DNA of 64,000 nucleotides. Source: Chiloscyllium plagiosum (taxonomy: Eukaryota). Below the pieces are notes generated by a model that saw only the letters and a program-made list of their open reading frames with translations, was not told the DNA's origin and searched no databases. This document shows, piece after piece, positions 1-13,250 of this stretch; the stretch's first letter is position 1, and every line of letters starts with the position of its first letter. The stretch is taken from positions 76,339,817-76,403,816 of the forward strand of contig NC_057711.1 in assembly GCF_004010195.1 (NCBI RefSeq), in the 5' to 3' direction. Both the position numbers and the translations under genes were made by a program.

Positions 1-3000
1 GCACTATAACAATTCACCATGACCTCTGTGATAGCACCTTCCATACTAGCAAATTTTGCTGGTCAAGAGCAGCCAATGCACAGGAGAACTTACAAATTCA
101 ACACTTACCAAACTGACGCAGAGATATGTTCCTTCATTTTCACTAGTTCAAAATCTTTGAACTGCCTTCTTGACAGCAATGTGGGTGAACTGCAGTGGTC
201 ATGAAGGTATCTCACCACCAACCTCTCAAGGGAATGAGAGATGGTTGAAAAAAACTGGTCCAGCAACAATGCCCACATTCCACAAAATAATACATTTTTA
301 AAAATACATCTCACGTATTCATTAATTACCAAGAGGGAAACTTTTAGTTCATGGTTTGTTGTCAAAAATAGCTCAATGACACTTACATGGATAATCATCT
401 TCTCCCTTCTGTTGACAATATTTACTAAAACTGTCACTTGTGTTACCATATACAAGATATGACCAGGAGTAGCAGAGTTGTTTTCACTTTGTGTCCAGTT
501 TTTAAAAAGTTGTTCCTCTTGTCTTTGCTCAGTTCGCCTGCAATAACACTTTATTGTTGTTTCTATCAAGCTGATATGCAAAGGGAACATCGAACTGAAA
601 TAACCTATCACCATAGCAATTAATTGTCCTTTGCACCTTGCAGAAACCATTTTCTGGTGCATGAAACTGGCAAGGTAAATCTGTCACTGAACATTGTCAG
701 ACCATAAGGGCTGTGTATACTACCATGGAACAATATCTCAATGTTGACTCCTGAGATTAGGCATGTTAAATGTTCAATGTAGAGTTAACCAAAAACAGGT
801 GTAGAAATGCCTTTAAACTATTGCAATTCTTGTAGTGACGCCTTCTAAAACTGCAGCTTGCTAACTGATGAATTATTGCAAATGATTTGTTGATAAGATT
901 TTCTAACTGTAGTTCTGTATCATTATTATTGTCTCTTATATTATACTCCACTTCACTTCAGTATCCCCACTGCATCTGCAAACTAATGCTTGTTTTGCAA
1001 CAGATGGTTATGTTCTCCCTTGCAGAAGCTCATTGACTAGGGGCATAAAATGAAAACTTTGGCCTTCTACCCAAATTAAATGCCTTGCTTTCAATTCTTT
1101 TGCATACGTAGGTGGGAAATCTTGAAAGAAGTAGTTAACATTTCCCAAATTTTTGAATCGATATTTTTGAAGATGTTTTGGATATGAGTTTGTGATGGCT
1201 TCTAACATGTGATGTTGCTCTCTGCTGAGAGGAATTTCATTTCCCTGAAGGTTTTTAAGCTCTTGACAGTAGCTTTTAAAAGTCTTTCAGTGAAGAATTT
1301 ACACTTAACATGTGCTGCAAAGGAGCTTGTGATTCTCAAAATCATCTCATCTATTTATTGGTTCTATTGTTCTTCTGGCTAACTAACATTGCCACTTGTC
1401 ACAAGATGATTTGTGCAAAGAATCACAAAATGACTATAGCATATAAGGAGATGATTCAACCTGTTGAGTCGGTACTAACTCTCTGCAAGAGTAGTTCCTA
1501 GTAACTAGTGCCACTCCTCCATCCTTTCCCTGTGGACATCAAGATTTCTTTTGTTCATTGATAATCAATTTTACTTTTGAAAACCACCATAGATTCTATC
1601 TTTGCCACCAGCGAAAATATGTGAGCTGGCAAATGTGCAGATATTCTTTAATCAACCTGTGATGACCCAGCCTTGGAGCAGGTGGGACTTGAATCTGGGT
1701 TTTCTGGCCCAGAGCTAAAGTCACTACCATTGTGTCACAAGAGCACAATGAGCTGGTGGTAGTGTCCCTGCCTGGGGCTTTATTGAGTTCAGTTGGCTGT
1801 CTGCATCATTGGCAAGGACCAACAGGTGGATCAGCTAATCATCCTTCTAGAGGGAATATTCTGCTATTTTTCTGAAACCCCAGACTCTGTAGTCAATCCA
1901 GCATTTGGGCTAGCATGTTGGTTAATGCTAAGACCAAGACGTTGATCACTGTCACCAATTTAAAGGTCTGCTGCCATCATTCTCTTTTATTATTTCTTTT
2001 TCAAAATTCAAAACTGTGAATAGTTGAAGTTGAAAATACACAATTCTTGTCACCTTCTGCAAATTGCTACATACAATCATGCTCTTATTGGCAAGGTTTT
2101 ATTCTACCCTCTCACCCTCTCTCACCTGGCATAATGCACTGCCAAATGTTTTCTCTCTGACAGTCAAACATCAATTACACAACAAAATCACGCAATTAGA
2201 TGCATAACCAATCAACAAGACATTGAGCTTGGTATTTCAAAGTGACAGGTCTCCAATTCTATCATTTTCTGATGACTTTGGATTGCTGATATCATCATGC
2301 AATATTTTATATGTGTATGGAGAGTTCAGCCTCCAGATTAGAGACCATAAAATCCAGCATTGTATACTTTATTGTTATTTACTGACAGGATATGGGTATC
2401 ATTGACTGGGCCAACATTTAGTACGCATTCCTAGTTGACCTTGAAGATGGTGGTGAGTGGCCTGCTTGAACTGCTGCATATACTCTCAATGCCCTAAGGG
2501 TGGTGATTCTAGGATTTTGACCCCTTGACAGTGAAGAAATGGCAATATGTTTCCAAGTCAGGATGTTGAGTAGCTTGGAAGGGAACTTGCCAATGGCAGT
2601 GTTCCTGTGTATCTGCTGACCTTGTCCTTCAGGATGGTAATGGTTGTGAGTTTGGAAGGTGCTATCTATATTTTGTATACAATGAACATTTATCGGCACA
2701 TGCCTTGATCTCCTTATGTGTGTGTTTATGGCTGTGTGGCACTTCGAGTACAAATATTTCTGTTCAAATGCTATTTTTGAAACTTTGCAAGTGTTCTGCA
2801 GTCTGTGACATTTGTCTCTTCGGGTGCATGCATGATCCTTTAATCTTGATTAGAGTTTGGCACAGAATGGATGCACTGGTTTTCAGACATATATGTGCAT
2901 GTCAAAATACTTTTAAACTGCATATGAGTTAGGACATTTTGTATCTAAATAATTAAGTTAAATAAATTCAAAGGATAAGTATTCTACAAGCTATGTTAAT

Positions 3001-3994
3001 TTCATTTTGAAATGAACTCTGGACATTTTGTAGAGAACTTGTATTATGTTTGTAAGACTTGTGACTAGAAATAACATTTTTGGAAAAGAAATTTTGATTA
3101 AACTAGTCCTTGACTGATAAAAATTTCAGTTTAATGCAGAATGTGTGATAATGATCCTTTGTATATGAAAGTTGTTGTTTTTTGGCCAGGTAGCTCAGAT
3201 GGTAAACATTAGGACCAATGACTGGCCCTTCCTTGGTGCCCTTTCTTTCCCCTACTTGATGTGGTAGAGATGACAGTACTGTCACCATGCATTAAAAATA
3301 TTTCTCAATGTACTTAAAGGGTAACCTGGGCAGTTCTACTAATATTGCTGAACATGGGTTTAGCACTTATGCATTTTTTATTGCATGCCTAGTCTATAAC
3401 CTAGGCATGCAATAAAATCAGATTTTGAATAACTGAGAAAGAACTTTTAAAAATACACTGAAGCATTTACTAATTTTATTAGGTTGCTTCAGCCAGTTTC
3501 TTAGGAAGTTCAATAACTAGTGCCATTTGCATTAAAAAAACAGAATTTGAAAATCATCCTTGAAAGGAACAACTGGTAATTGTTCTCATTGTTCTCATTA
3601 ATTTGATCTGGCAATGTGACCACCTTTGTGGATCAGACTGACTTTTGTAACTTTTATTTTAACTTGCATCAAAGATTGTGGAAACAATTTGTTCTGGATG
3701 TAATATGCACTTGCTGGTTTATTCTATGCTGGTTTGGTCAATTTATGCTGGTAGCAACTCTAGTCCAGAATAGCAATAATTCACTATCTGTTAAATTTGC
3801 TCGTGAGCAGGACAGCTCTGTAGGCATGGTCACGAGGCAAAGTCTCTTGCAGCTACAATTCAAATATTTGGAAAGATTGTGTTGCAGGTTTGATCTCAAT
3901 GCATTTATATTAGTTTAAGGTAGGTCAAAACAATATGTGGAAGTCCAAGGAACCACTTGCTGGCATAAAAATGAGTGCTTTGGTGTTTACGCTT

Positions 3995-4475
3995 GTAGGT
4001 AAGATTATGCAAGTTTGGAGAAGATTTGTAGCTCAGGTTGAGGTTCTGGCTGTAAGTTTGCTCGCTAAGCTGGAAGGTTCGTTTTCAGACGATTTGTCAC
4101 CAAACTAGGTAACATCATCAGTGACCCTCCAGTGAAGCACCAGTGTTATGACCCGCATTCTATTTGTGTTCAGGTTTCCTTGGGTTGGTGATGTCATTTC
4201 CTGTGGTGATGTCTTTTTCTCAGAGCGTGGTAAATGGGGTCCAAATGGATGAATGTGTTGATGGAGTTTCCGGTTGGAATGCCATGCTTCTAGGAATTCT
4301 CGTTCATGTCTGTGTTTGGCTAGTCAGGATGGATGTGTTGTCTCGGTTGAAGGGGTGTCCTTTCCCATCTGTATGTATCAACAAGCATGTCCACGTGGAC
4401 CCCCTCTACCACCCTCTGAGGAAAAGACATCACAAAACCTTCCAGGTCAGCGAGAAAAAGTTCAGGAATGTTATT
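3995..4475 (-). mobile_element. Penelope-like element 3' remnant with inverted terminal segment and decayed hammerhead
   Basis: Minus strand near 4272-4302 reads REFLEAWHSN, resembling a Penelope GIY-YIG C-terminus. About 4380-4433 is an inverted copy of about 4207-4260. Minus 4085-4124 reads TCA-CTGATGA-T-GTTACC-tagttt-GGTGAC-aaat-C-GTC-TGA. Confidence 0.75.
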
Positions 4476-4649
4476 TAATGAGGCAAGTGCCAATCCATGA
4501 CTGCTGCTGAAGTAAGCACAATCACGGATGTCAGTCTTCAGTGAATTCAGTACATTCTGCATAAAATGGCTGCACACTCTTGATACAGCTAAGACTCTGC
4601 AGCAGCATGTTGTTATCGAAGCTTAAGAGTTTGAAGACTTGCTGCAGAG

Positions 4650-6010
4650 CCAACTGTATGCCTAGCCAAATTGTTCCAGAGCTGGAACACTGGCAGTAGC
4701 TGCAAAGTGGAAAATTACCTGCACATATCCTGCCCACAAAAAATGGGACAATTTAATCTGTTTAATTAATGCTGCATTAGTCTCCTCACAGTGATAAACA
4801 AAGTGATGGAAAATGTTGCTGACAGTACTGTCAAGTAGCATTTACACAGCAATAACTTGCTTACCGAAGCTCTATTTGGTTTCTGCTGGGGCCACTTAGC
4901 TTCTGAGCTCATTAAAGCCTTGGTCAAAATGTGGACAAAACAGTTGAATACAGTGGTGAGGAGCATGTGGTCCCCAAAGTATTTGAGGTAATATGGTATC
5001 AAGAAGCCCTTGTGAATTTACTGTGAATCAAGAGGAAAAAATTTACACTGGCTGGAGCCATAACTTGCACAAAGAAAAATGTTGTGGATGTTTGAGACCG
5101 TTCATCTCAGTCCCTCCTTGTGGATGCACGAGTTCATCCAGATAGTCTCCAGGCTGAAGTCATGTTGGCTTGCTTCATTGAATAGAAGGAAACCCTCCTT
5201 CTATCATGAAGTCAGAAGCAGGATGTTTGCAATTGACTGCAATGTTCAATTTCATTTGAAATTCCCCAGATAAGATGATAATGCAGTCCATGCCTGCATT
5301 CACCACATTCAGGGCAGCATTCAGCATTGAGATGATAACATTCCCACCTCAAAAGTGCAGATCAAGGACCATTTCCAACAAGAGAGAAACTAATGATTAC
5401 CCCATAACATTTTTATTACTGAATTCCCCAGCAATCAACATCTAGGGTGAATAAAAGAGCAGCTCATTAAGCTGGGAATTCTATGGCAAGTCATTCACCT
5501 AGTGATTCCCCAAATCCATCTTCTGTGTTTAATGCTCAAGTAAGGAATGCAAATGAATACCCTCCACATGCCTAGATGCATATAGCTCCATCAATACTCC
5601 AGACACTTGATATCATCCAGGATAAAGCAACTCACTTGATTGGATCGAAACGACCTAACTTAAACATTCACTTTCTCCCAACACTGGCATGCCATGGCTA
5701 TGATGTCTACCATCATGCACTGCAGCAACTCAACAAGATTTCAATGGCAGCACATTCCAAACCTGTGTCCTATACCATCTAGAAAACAAGGACAACGTGT
5801 GGAAATGCCACTGCCTACAAATCACATCACACTGACCTGGAAATATTTTGCTGTTTCTTTACTTTTCCTGGGTCAAAATCCTGAACTTCCTTGAATGTGA
5901 TTGACGTACCAACACCGTATAGACTGCAGTGATTCGAGAAGATGCCACCTTCTCAAAGGCAACTGGGAATTGGCTATAAATGCTGATCTTAACAGTGACA
6001 TCCATGTCTT
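4650..6010 (+). mobile_element. Old non-LTR retrotransposon (RT region and 3' end), degraded
   Basis: Decayed RT motifs and a 3' tail related to segments at 21105-21980, 45195-49500 and 58590-59780. Confidence 0.65.
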
Positions 6011-6179
6011 ATCTCCTGAGCAAAACAATGCTAAATCTAAATTGAAATTTGACTAGATCACACATGGGCTACTGTATTCAATTCAGATCACCATATTATT
6101 AAAAATGGATATAGAGGCACTGGAGATGACACAGAAAATGATTACAAGGTCATGTCTATGAGAGAAACATGATTACTCT

Positions 6180-6790
6180 TGAATCTACAGAATTGTAGAA
6201 TAGTTTGTAGAACACATTGGATCTCTGTGCCAGCTCTCTGCAACAGCAATTTGGTGGCTTCATTTCCTCTTCTGTTTGCCCATTAACCTCGCACTTTTTT
6301 TTCTCTTCAGGCAATTATAATTGAATTTGCACCCTTCTCACTTTGGCTGATCCTAATCACTAACCGTATTAAATTTTTTCCTGTTGCTATTGCTTGTTTT
6401 GTCAGTCATTTTAAATTGATATCCTCTGCTTCTCAGCCCATCAGCTAATAGAGCCAATTTCTCCTTAACCACGCTATTCAAAGCCCTCGTAATTTTAAAT
6501 ACTTTTGACAAATCTCATCGCAGCATTCTTCTCTTCATGGTCAACAGCTCCAGTTTCTCCAATGTATCCACATCACTTAAGTTCCTCTTTGCTGGAACAA
6601 TTCTTGTGAATCTTTTGTGGAGTCTGTAATGTCTACACATACTTTGTAAAGTTTGGTGCCCAGAATTGGGCACAATACTCCAGGTAAGGCTGAACAAGTG
6701 TTTTATGTTTGTAATAAGTACCTCGCTTTTGTATTCCATATACCTGTTTTTAAACCTCAGGATTGGGAATGCTTGATTAACTACAACTCT
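6180..6790 (-). mobile_element. CR1 LINE 3' fragment, old
   Basis: Minus ORF contains HKRFTRIVP...LEKLELLT, resembling the CR1 RT C-terminus (QRRFTR..LGLFSLE). Confidence 0.75.
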
Positions 6791-8217
6791 TCCTGCATGA
6801 ATAGAAATTCTCCTCTTTTGAAACAAAAGGTAGTCTATTAAACACCTTGAAAAAAATCGTGATCAAGTAGATACAGAGAATGTTTTCACTTGTGGTGTAG
6901 ATCACAGCTAGGGACCATCAATTATAGGATAGTCACCAAGGAATCAAATGGCAAATTCAGAAACATATTCTTTACCCTGAAAATTGAGAATGGGGAGCTT
7001 GCTACAACATAAGTGCATTAAAGACGTAGTCACTATTGTACATCAAACATTTGGTGTTGTGTAACAAGTGTTCTTGATCGCCAATAACTTAGAAACTAAA
7101 GGGATTATAATAACATAAATAATGAGCATCAAATATGATAAAGACTTTGGCTGCAGTCAACTGTTTTAACACTTTTTTTCTGCTGCTTGTAGCAGGAGAT
7201 GACCTTTGGATTTTTGTATTTTAAATCTCTACCAAATGCTGTATCGATTCTGATGGATATCTTTTATTAATCTTTAATCTCTTTTCATGTCTGAAATTTT
7301 CTATTCCATGCTATGTAAAATTGTTATACCTGACCAACATTTGATCCTTACAATCTTTATTTTTTACATTTTCTTAGTGATAACCCCAACACGTAGTTTT
7401 ACACCATAAAGCAGCATAATTTGATCAACACAGATTTACGAAGAGAGAATTCGTAAAGATCAATTATGGAAGACCATTTGTTAAGTTTGAAATAGTGGAT
7501 TCAAGATAATTCTTGAATTGCAAGAGAAAGGTATTTGCACCATAGCTGATCCTTGTACTGAAAAACTAAAACGTAAGGAGAAATTGGAGAAACTTAACTT
7601 GAAACATTGAAAGACTATGATCTTTCAGTGTAATCTTGTACCACGATGAAACAGTGCAGAAAACAAAACAAAATGAGTGTTGGACATGGGGACTCTTATT
7701 TAAACAAACTAAAGGTTTAGGACTGATATCAGGAAATGCTTCACACACGTCTCATGAAGTGGTTTTCTCATTGGGTAGTGAAGTGAAAAACCTTGAAATT
7801 ATTTTTAAAAAGTAGATGCCTGATTTATGAACAAGGAACTCTCTCATTACTGTAAGACTGGGTTGAGTGAGCAGCCTCCCTCCACTGTAAAGTTCTATGT
7901 GAGTGGAAGGAGATTTATTTATTAAAGTGCTAAAGCATCATCAATTTCAAATATATTTTTGATACATTGAATAAATGAACTTTGCATAAATAAACTGATT
8001 CTATTTTAAAGTATTATAAAGGTTTTTAAATTATTGGATTATGTATATTTGACCAATTGCCAGACCTCATTGTGTTTCTTTTGTGCCTATAACCTCCAAG
8101 CCATCACAGAAGTAAAGCAGGTCTTGTTTTGATGCTGTCTGTTTCACTAAAGGATATGTGGGCACAAGCTGTAGTTCAGAGAACTGTGTACCAATAAGCA
8201 ACAACTTGTAATTAGAT

Positions 8218-9040
8218 TTGATCAAAGAGATATAAAGCACAGAAACAGACCCTTTGGTCCAACTCGTCCATGCCGACCAGATATCCTAAATAAATATAGA
8301 CCCATTTGCCAGCATTTAGCCCATATCGCTCTAAACCCTTCCTATTTGTGTACGCATCCAGATGCCTTTTAAGTGTAGTAGCAGTAGCCTCCACCACTTC
8401 CTCTGGCAATTCATTCCATACACTTAGCACCCTCTGCTGTCACCTTAAACCTATGCCCTCTAGTTTTGGATTTTCCACCCAGGGTAAAAGATCTTGTCTA
8501 CTTGTCCTAGCCAGGCCTATCATGATTTTATAAACATCTATAAGTTCACCACTCAACCTCCAACATTCCAGGGAAAATAACCCTCGTATATTCAGCTATA
8601 GCTCAAACTTTCCAATCCTGGCAATATCCTTGTAAATCTTTTTTGAACCCTTTCAAGTTTCACAACATCCTTCTGAAAGCAGGGAGACCAGAATTGCATA
8701 CAGTATTTCAATAATAGCCTAGCAGCTGTAGAGGACATTGGCAACATGACCACTCAACTCCTATAAGCAATGCACTGACCAATAATGGCAAGCATACCAA
8801 ACGCCGCCTATTCTATCCTATTTACCTGTGACTCCACTTTCAAGGAACTATGAACCTGTATTCTAAGATCTTTGTTCAGCAACACTCCCCAGCACTTTAC
8901 CACTAAGTGTATAAGTCCTGCCCTGATTTGCCTTTCCAAAATGCCGCACCTCTCGTTTGTCAAAATTAAACTCAGCCTCGGCCCATTGGCCAATCGGGTC
9001 AAGATCCAGTTGTACTCTGAGGTAACTTTCTTTGCTGTCT
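8218..9040 (-). mobile_element. CR1 LINE (HER1-like), 5'-truncated
   Basis: Minus ORFs contain VWNELPEEVVEA...LKRHLD and KDLRIQVHSSLKVESQV. CR1-type 3' tail near 8220-8270. Confidence 0.9.
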
Positions 9041-10554
9041 CTTAATTTTAATTTGTTTATTAATTTTAAAATTTGTTTTCAAAATTGTATTACTTCTATT
9101 CCTAGCAATGCCACAGAATAGAAATATTTCAGTGGCACTAGTTAGCCATATGAGGCAAGGTGGCTGACGTGGGAATAGGCTGGAAGCAATGTCTCTATTA
9201 ACTTGGCATGAAAGGGCCTGTCAGTGTGCCTGCTCTGCTGAAGGTATAGATTGCTATTTTGTTACAAGCTTCACTGATATACAAAAATTGTATTTCATAG
9301 GATGACAGCTGGCAGTGCCAGGGCAAAATAAAGCATTTCAACAGTGTGACAGGCGTAAACACTCTGCTGTCAGAAATAATAACAGACATGGAAATACTTG
9401 CACTCCTCTGGCATCACCAAGTCAGTATACCTTAAATTAGAGCCAATAACTCAACCACCTACTGTACTGGGTGTCACTTCCATTATTCACAAATCATTCC
9501 AATTGATTCAGTTGCCAAAGAGAACAGCTTCAGCATCATTGGATTAGGTACATTTGACCAAAGGCCAGACCTCATTTTTGTTTGGTTTTTTTATGCCTAC
9601 AACCTCCAAAGCTTATTTACTATAAGAGTGATGGTAGACAAAAAGACTTCGAGGAATGGGAAAATCCTGCCAAGCTCCATCTACAAAGTGTTCATTCAGA
9701 AAGCTCAGTTTTCATCCATCTATCTGTCTTATGTGTATACTTATTTTTCAATGAACTTGTGACATTGATTTTTCTTTTAAGTTCTTGTTTAATTATTTTT
9801 CATTTTAACAGTGAAATTATATTGTAATTATGAATCATTTATAAATCCAAAAATCTACTTGAACAGTGACAATTAATTTTATAAATTTGCCTTATGACCC
9901 AAAATACAGTCTGCTGCAGATGCAGTGCCAGGATGAACATGACAGTAAATGATATCAATACATTTCATATCCATATGGCAAATGTTCATATATAATACTT
10001 TGCAAAAGACCAGCAATGATTTCTTTGTATCAGTTGGTTATGGCCTTTTATGAGCCTATTATAAAAGCTGGGATTTAATTCTCATGGGATTCATATTTCT
10101 CCTTTCCAATATGTTGCGCCGTCTTCTGTAAAATCAATCATTGTGGTGGTTGTTAAATTTTGGATTGTCACTGACAACGTGTTACTCCTCTGCTGCAAGA
10201 TAAACCTTCTGCATAGCTCATTGTGGTATGAGACCCATCTGATACAGTTGCTGCTAAATTGTATTTCTGGTGTGGGTTGCTTGCTAGGTGTTGTAAAGGA
10301 AAACCACTTTATGGTCGAAAGGGAAGCAGCTCTTGCCTTAAACAAGATGTAGTTTGATGTAGATGACGGCAACTTGGTGTAGTTTATATTGGTATGTGAG
10401 ACATTGTTGTTGAGACTGGAGGAGGTTTCAATTAGGTCCTATACCTTTTGAAATCCAAAGTTGTTGTTCTGCCGGAATCTATATGTAATGCATTCCACAG
10501 CACTAACCCTTTCAAACAATTGCATCCTTTAAGTGATGTTGATCTTTTAAGTGA

Positions 10555-10695
10555 TCTAAAATCTGAAAATCCTGCAAACCTCATTAGATCAGGCAGCATT
10601 GTCACAGTCATACTGGACTAAAACTTTAATTCTTTCTCTCAACAGATGCTGCCAGACCTGTTGAGTTTCTACAGCACTTTGTATTTTTATTTCAT
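10555..10695. mobile_element. Short fold-back Penelope-type remnant
   Basis: Contains caggcagcat in one orientation and cagatgctgccagacctg in the other. Related to 37330-37500 and 61429-61643. Confidence 0.55.
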
Positions 10696-11346
10696 GAAGT
10701 CAACAATTTTTTTCACAAGTCTACAGGATTGGAATATTCTTAGCACTTGGTCATAATGGCAGGGTGGGCATATGGCCTGCCGAGTGTACACCAAATCTCT
10801 AGGGAGTAATCCTATAGAGTGAATAATTTCCACTCCTATTCAAGGCTGTGGGATAATGTATTCCCTCAGTATTTAACTAGTTTTGTTCTGACACCATTCA
10901 TAGTCTGTTCTTCCACTACCCTCCAAGGTAGTGACTTCCAGGTAATTATCAGATTTGACTTTTTTTTTAAAAAAACAGTTCTTCCATACTATCCACACTG
11001 CAATCTTTTGCCAAAACCTTATCTGTGAGCTGCAGTTCTTGTATCATCTAATGGAAACAGCTTTTCTATGTCTAACTGATTCAATCCTATCCTGTACACT
11101 TCTCACCAAGGTTCTTTTATTATTGAAGCTAAAATCAACTTAATTTTACATTGATGTTAGCTCTATTATTTTAAATGAGAAACGTAAAAAAACCAAGAAT
11201 TTTTTGCAAAGATAATTTTCATCTTAAATGCATGAACAGAAGTGAAAGGTTGCTAGAAGAAGAATGTAGTCCTCTTTGTTCCACCATTGATTTCTTGATA
11301 ACTTGGTCTAAAAAAGTAATTTGTGACAATGTTCTTATCTTGACAG

Positions 11347-11559
11347 GGCCGTGGAGGTTTGGGCTCCATCTACGTGTGGGCATCTGGTAATGGCGGCCGG
11401 AGCCGAGATCACTGTTCCTGCGATGGTTATACCAATAGCATCTATACAATCTCTATTAGTAGTACAGCTGAGAGTGGGAAGAAGCCTTGGTACTTGGAGG
11501 AATGCTCATCAACCCTTGCTACTACTTATAGCAGTGGAGAGTCTTATGATCGAAAAATA
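11347..11559 (+). CDS. PCSK5: PCSK5 coding exon A (213 bp, phase 0-0), catalytic domain with oxyanion-hole Asn
   Basis: ttgacag|GGC...ATA|gtaagt. Translates [89 protein letters not shown] matches vertebrate PC5/6 as I recall it, rather than furin or PACE4. Confidence 0.97.
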
Positions 11560-11715
11560 GTAAGTTTCTTTCTCTCCAACTCTTCCCTGAGCGCATCCTA
11601 TTTCCATTTTCCAAATCTGTTCATTTGAAAGTTTAGATGTAGATTTGAAGATTGACCCACACTGTCGTAAGTAGTCTTGTGTTAGTTGTAATTTCTGCAG
11701 AATAAGATGCACCCA

Positions 11716-12023
11716 AGATTAGATTAGATTACTTACAGTGTGGAAACAGCCCTTCGGCCCAACAAGTCCACACCGACCTGCCGAAGCACACCCATCCATA
11801 CCCCTCCATTTACCCCTAACACCACAGGCAATTTAGCATGGCCAATTCACCTAACCTGCACATTTTTGGACTGTGGGAGGAAACCGGAGCACCCGGAGGA
11901 AACCCACGCAGACACAGGGAGCATGTGCAAACTCCACACAATCAGTCGCCTGAGGCGGGAATTGAACCCGGGTCTCTGGCACTGTGAGGCGGCAGTGCTA
12001 ACCACTGTGTCACAGTGCCGCCC
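11716..12023 (-). mobile_element. HE1-type V-SINE (tRNA-derived), near full length
   Basis: tRNA-like head on minus (B box gggttcaattccc), V-domain tgcgtgggtttcctccgggtgctccggtttcctccc, CR1-like tail, (AATCT)n terminus. Confidence 0.92.
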
Positions 12024-12252
12024 ACATGTGGGGTATATTTTAGCTATAAAACAATTGACTAAATATATTGGCTGGCCACCTGATATTATCAGAAGGAAGC
12101 ACAATCTATTTTGAGGATTGGGCTTCATTATCAATCTGACAACAAGCAATAGGCACAAAGAATGGTGACCCAATGCAGTTAAGTGCATGATCCTGCATAG
12201 CAATTGAAAGATCAGAGGTGAACTTAGCGAACAGTACTCCTCTAAAGTTTGA

Positions 12253-12445
12253 AAAAACACACAACACGAGGTTATAGCCCAACAGGTTTATTTGGAAGTC
12301 CAAGCTTTTGGAGTACTGCTCCTTCATCAGGTAGCTAGTGGGGCAGAAAGCTTGTACTTCCAAATAAACCTGTTGGACTATAACCTGGTGTGGTGTGATT
12401 TTTAACTTTTGTCCACCCCAATCTAAGACAGACACCACCTCATCA
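12253..12445. mobile_element. Fold-back Penelope-type mini element, same family as 62067-62318, decayed hammerhead
   Basis: Inverted arms ggttatagcccaacaggtttatttggaag / cttccaaataaacctgttggactataacc. Minus strand reads CTGATGA-A-GGAGcagtaCTCC-aaaa-GCTT. Confidence 0.75.
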
Positions 12446-12722
12446 TATCTAAATGTGGCTCTTAATCAATCCTGATGTTCATCACTCTATCATTGTTCAC
12501 TTGTTTTCACCTGCCTTCAGGCCCCAAGTTCTGGAATTTACTTCCTAATCCTCTTTGTTTCTTTACCATTATTTTTCCCCTTTCAGGCATTCTTTAAATC
12601 TTGCCTTTTTGAGGTTTTTGATCACCTCCCTAATTGACTTGTATGGTGCAGTATCAAACCTTTGCTTTGCGTTGCCTCTGTCAAGTGCATTTGGACAGAT
12701 GCCTTATCATATGAAAGGCAAT

Positions 12723-13250
12723 ATAGTTATAGAGTCATAGAATCATACAGCAAGGAAACAGGTCCTTCAGTCCAACTTATCCAATGCAGCTATGTTTCCC
12801 AAACTAAACTAGTCCCATTTGCTTCTGTTTGGCCCATATCCCAATAAACCTGTCCTATTCACGTACCTGCCCAAATGTCTTTTAAATGTGGTCGATGCAG
12901 GTTCGGTTACAATTTCCTCTGACAGTTCATTCCACATACGCACCATCCGATGCGTAAAACAGTTACTGTTCAGGTCCCCTTTAAATCTTTCTCTCTTCCA
13001 TGTTAAAAATATACCATGTGATTTTGAACTCTCTTATCCGAGGGAAAAGCCCTTGGCTATTCGCCTTTATCTATGCCCCTCCTGATTTTATAAACTTCTA
13101 CAAGTTCACCCCCTGAACCTTCTATGCTTCAGTGAGAGAGACTCCCAGCCTATCCAGCCTCTCCTTTATAACTCAACCCCTCCAGTCCAAGCAACATCCT
13201 GCTCAATCTTTTGTGAACCCTCTCCAATTTAATAATGTCCTTTCTGTAGC
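12723..13250 (-). mobile_element. CR1 LINE 3' fragment
   Basis: atagagtcatagaatcat tail repeat followed by CR1 3' UTR and ORF2 end, similar to 8218-9040. Confidence 0.85.

Noticed and set aside
105..662. 185-aa minus-strand ORF and the many other 60-140 aa ORFs in the track
   Set aside because: No recognisable domains. They are chance ORFs in intron DNA or translations of SINE/LINE remnants.
1..11346. The preceding PCSK5 exon (YSASWGPDDDGKTVDGP)
   Set aside because: I did not find it in this interval. It presumably lies upstream of the window.
11740..12114. Recurring 'WPIHLTCTFLDCGRKPEHPEETHADTG' peptide (also at 22.1, 27.1 and 31.3 kb) as a protein family
   Set aside because: It is the antisense translation of the V-SINE core, not a gene.
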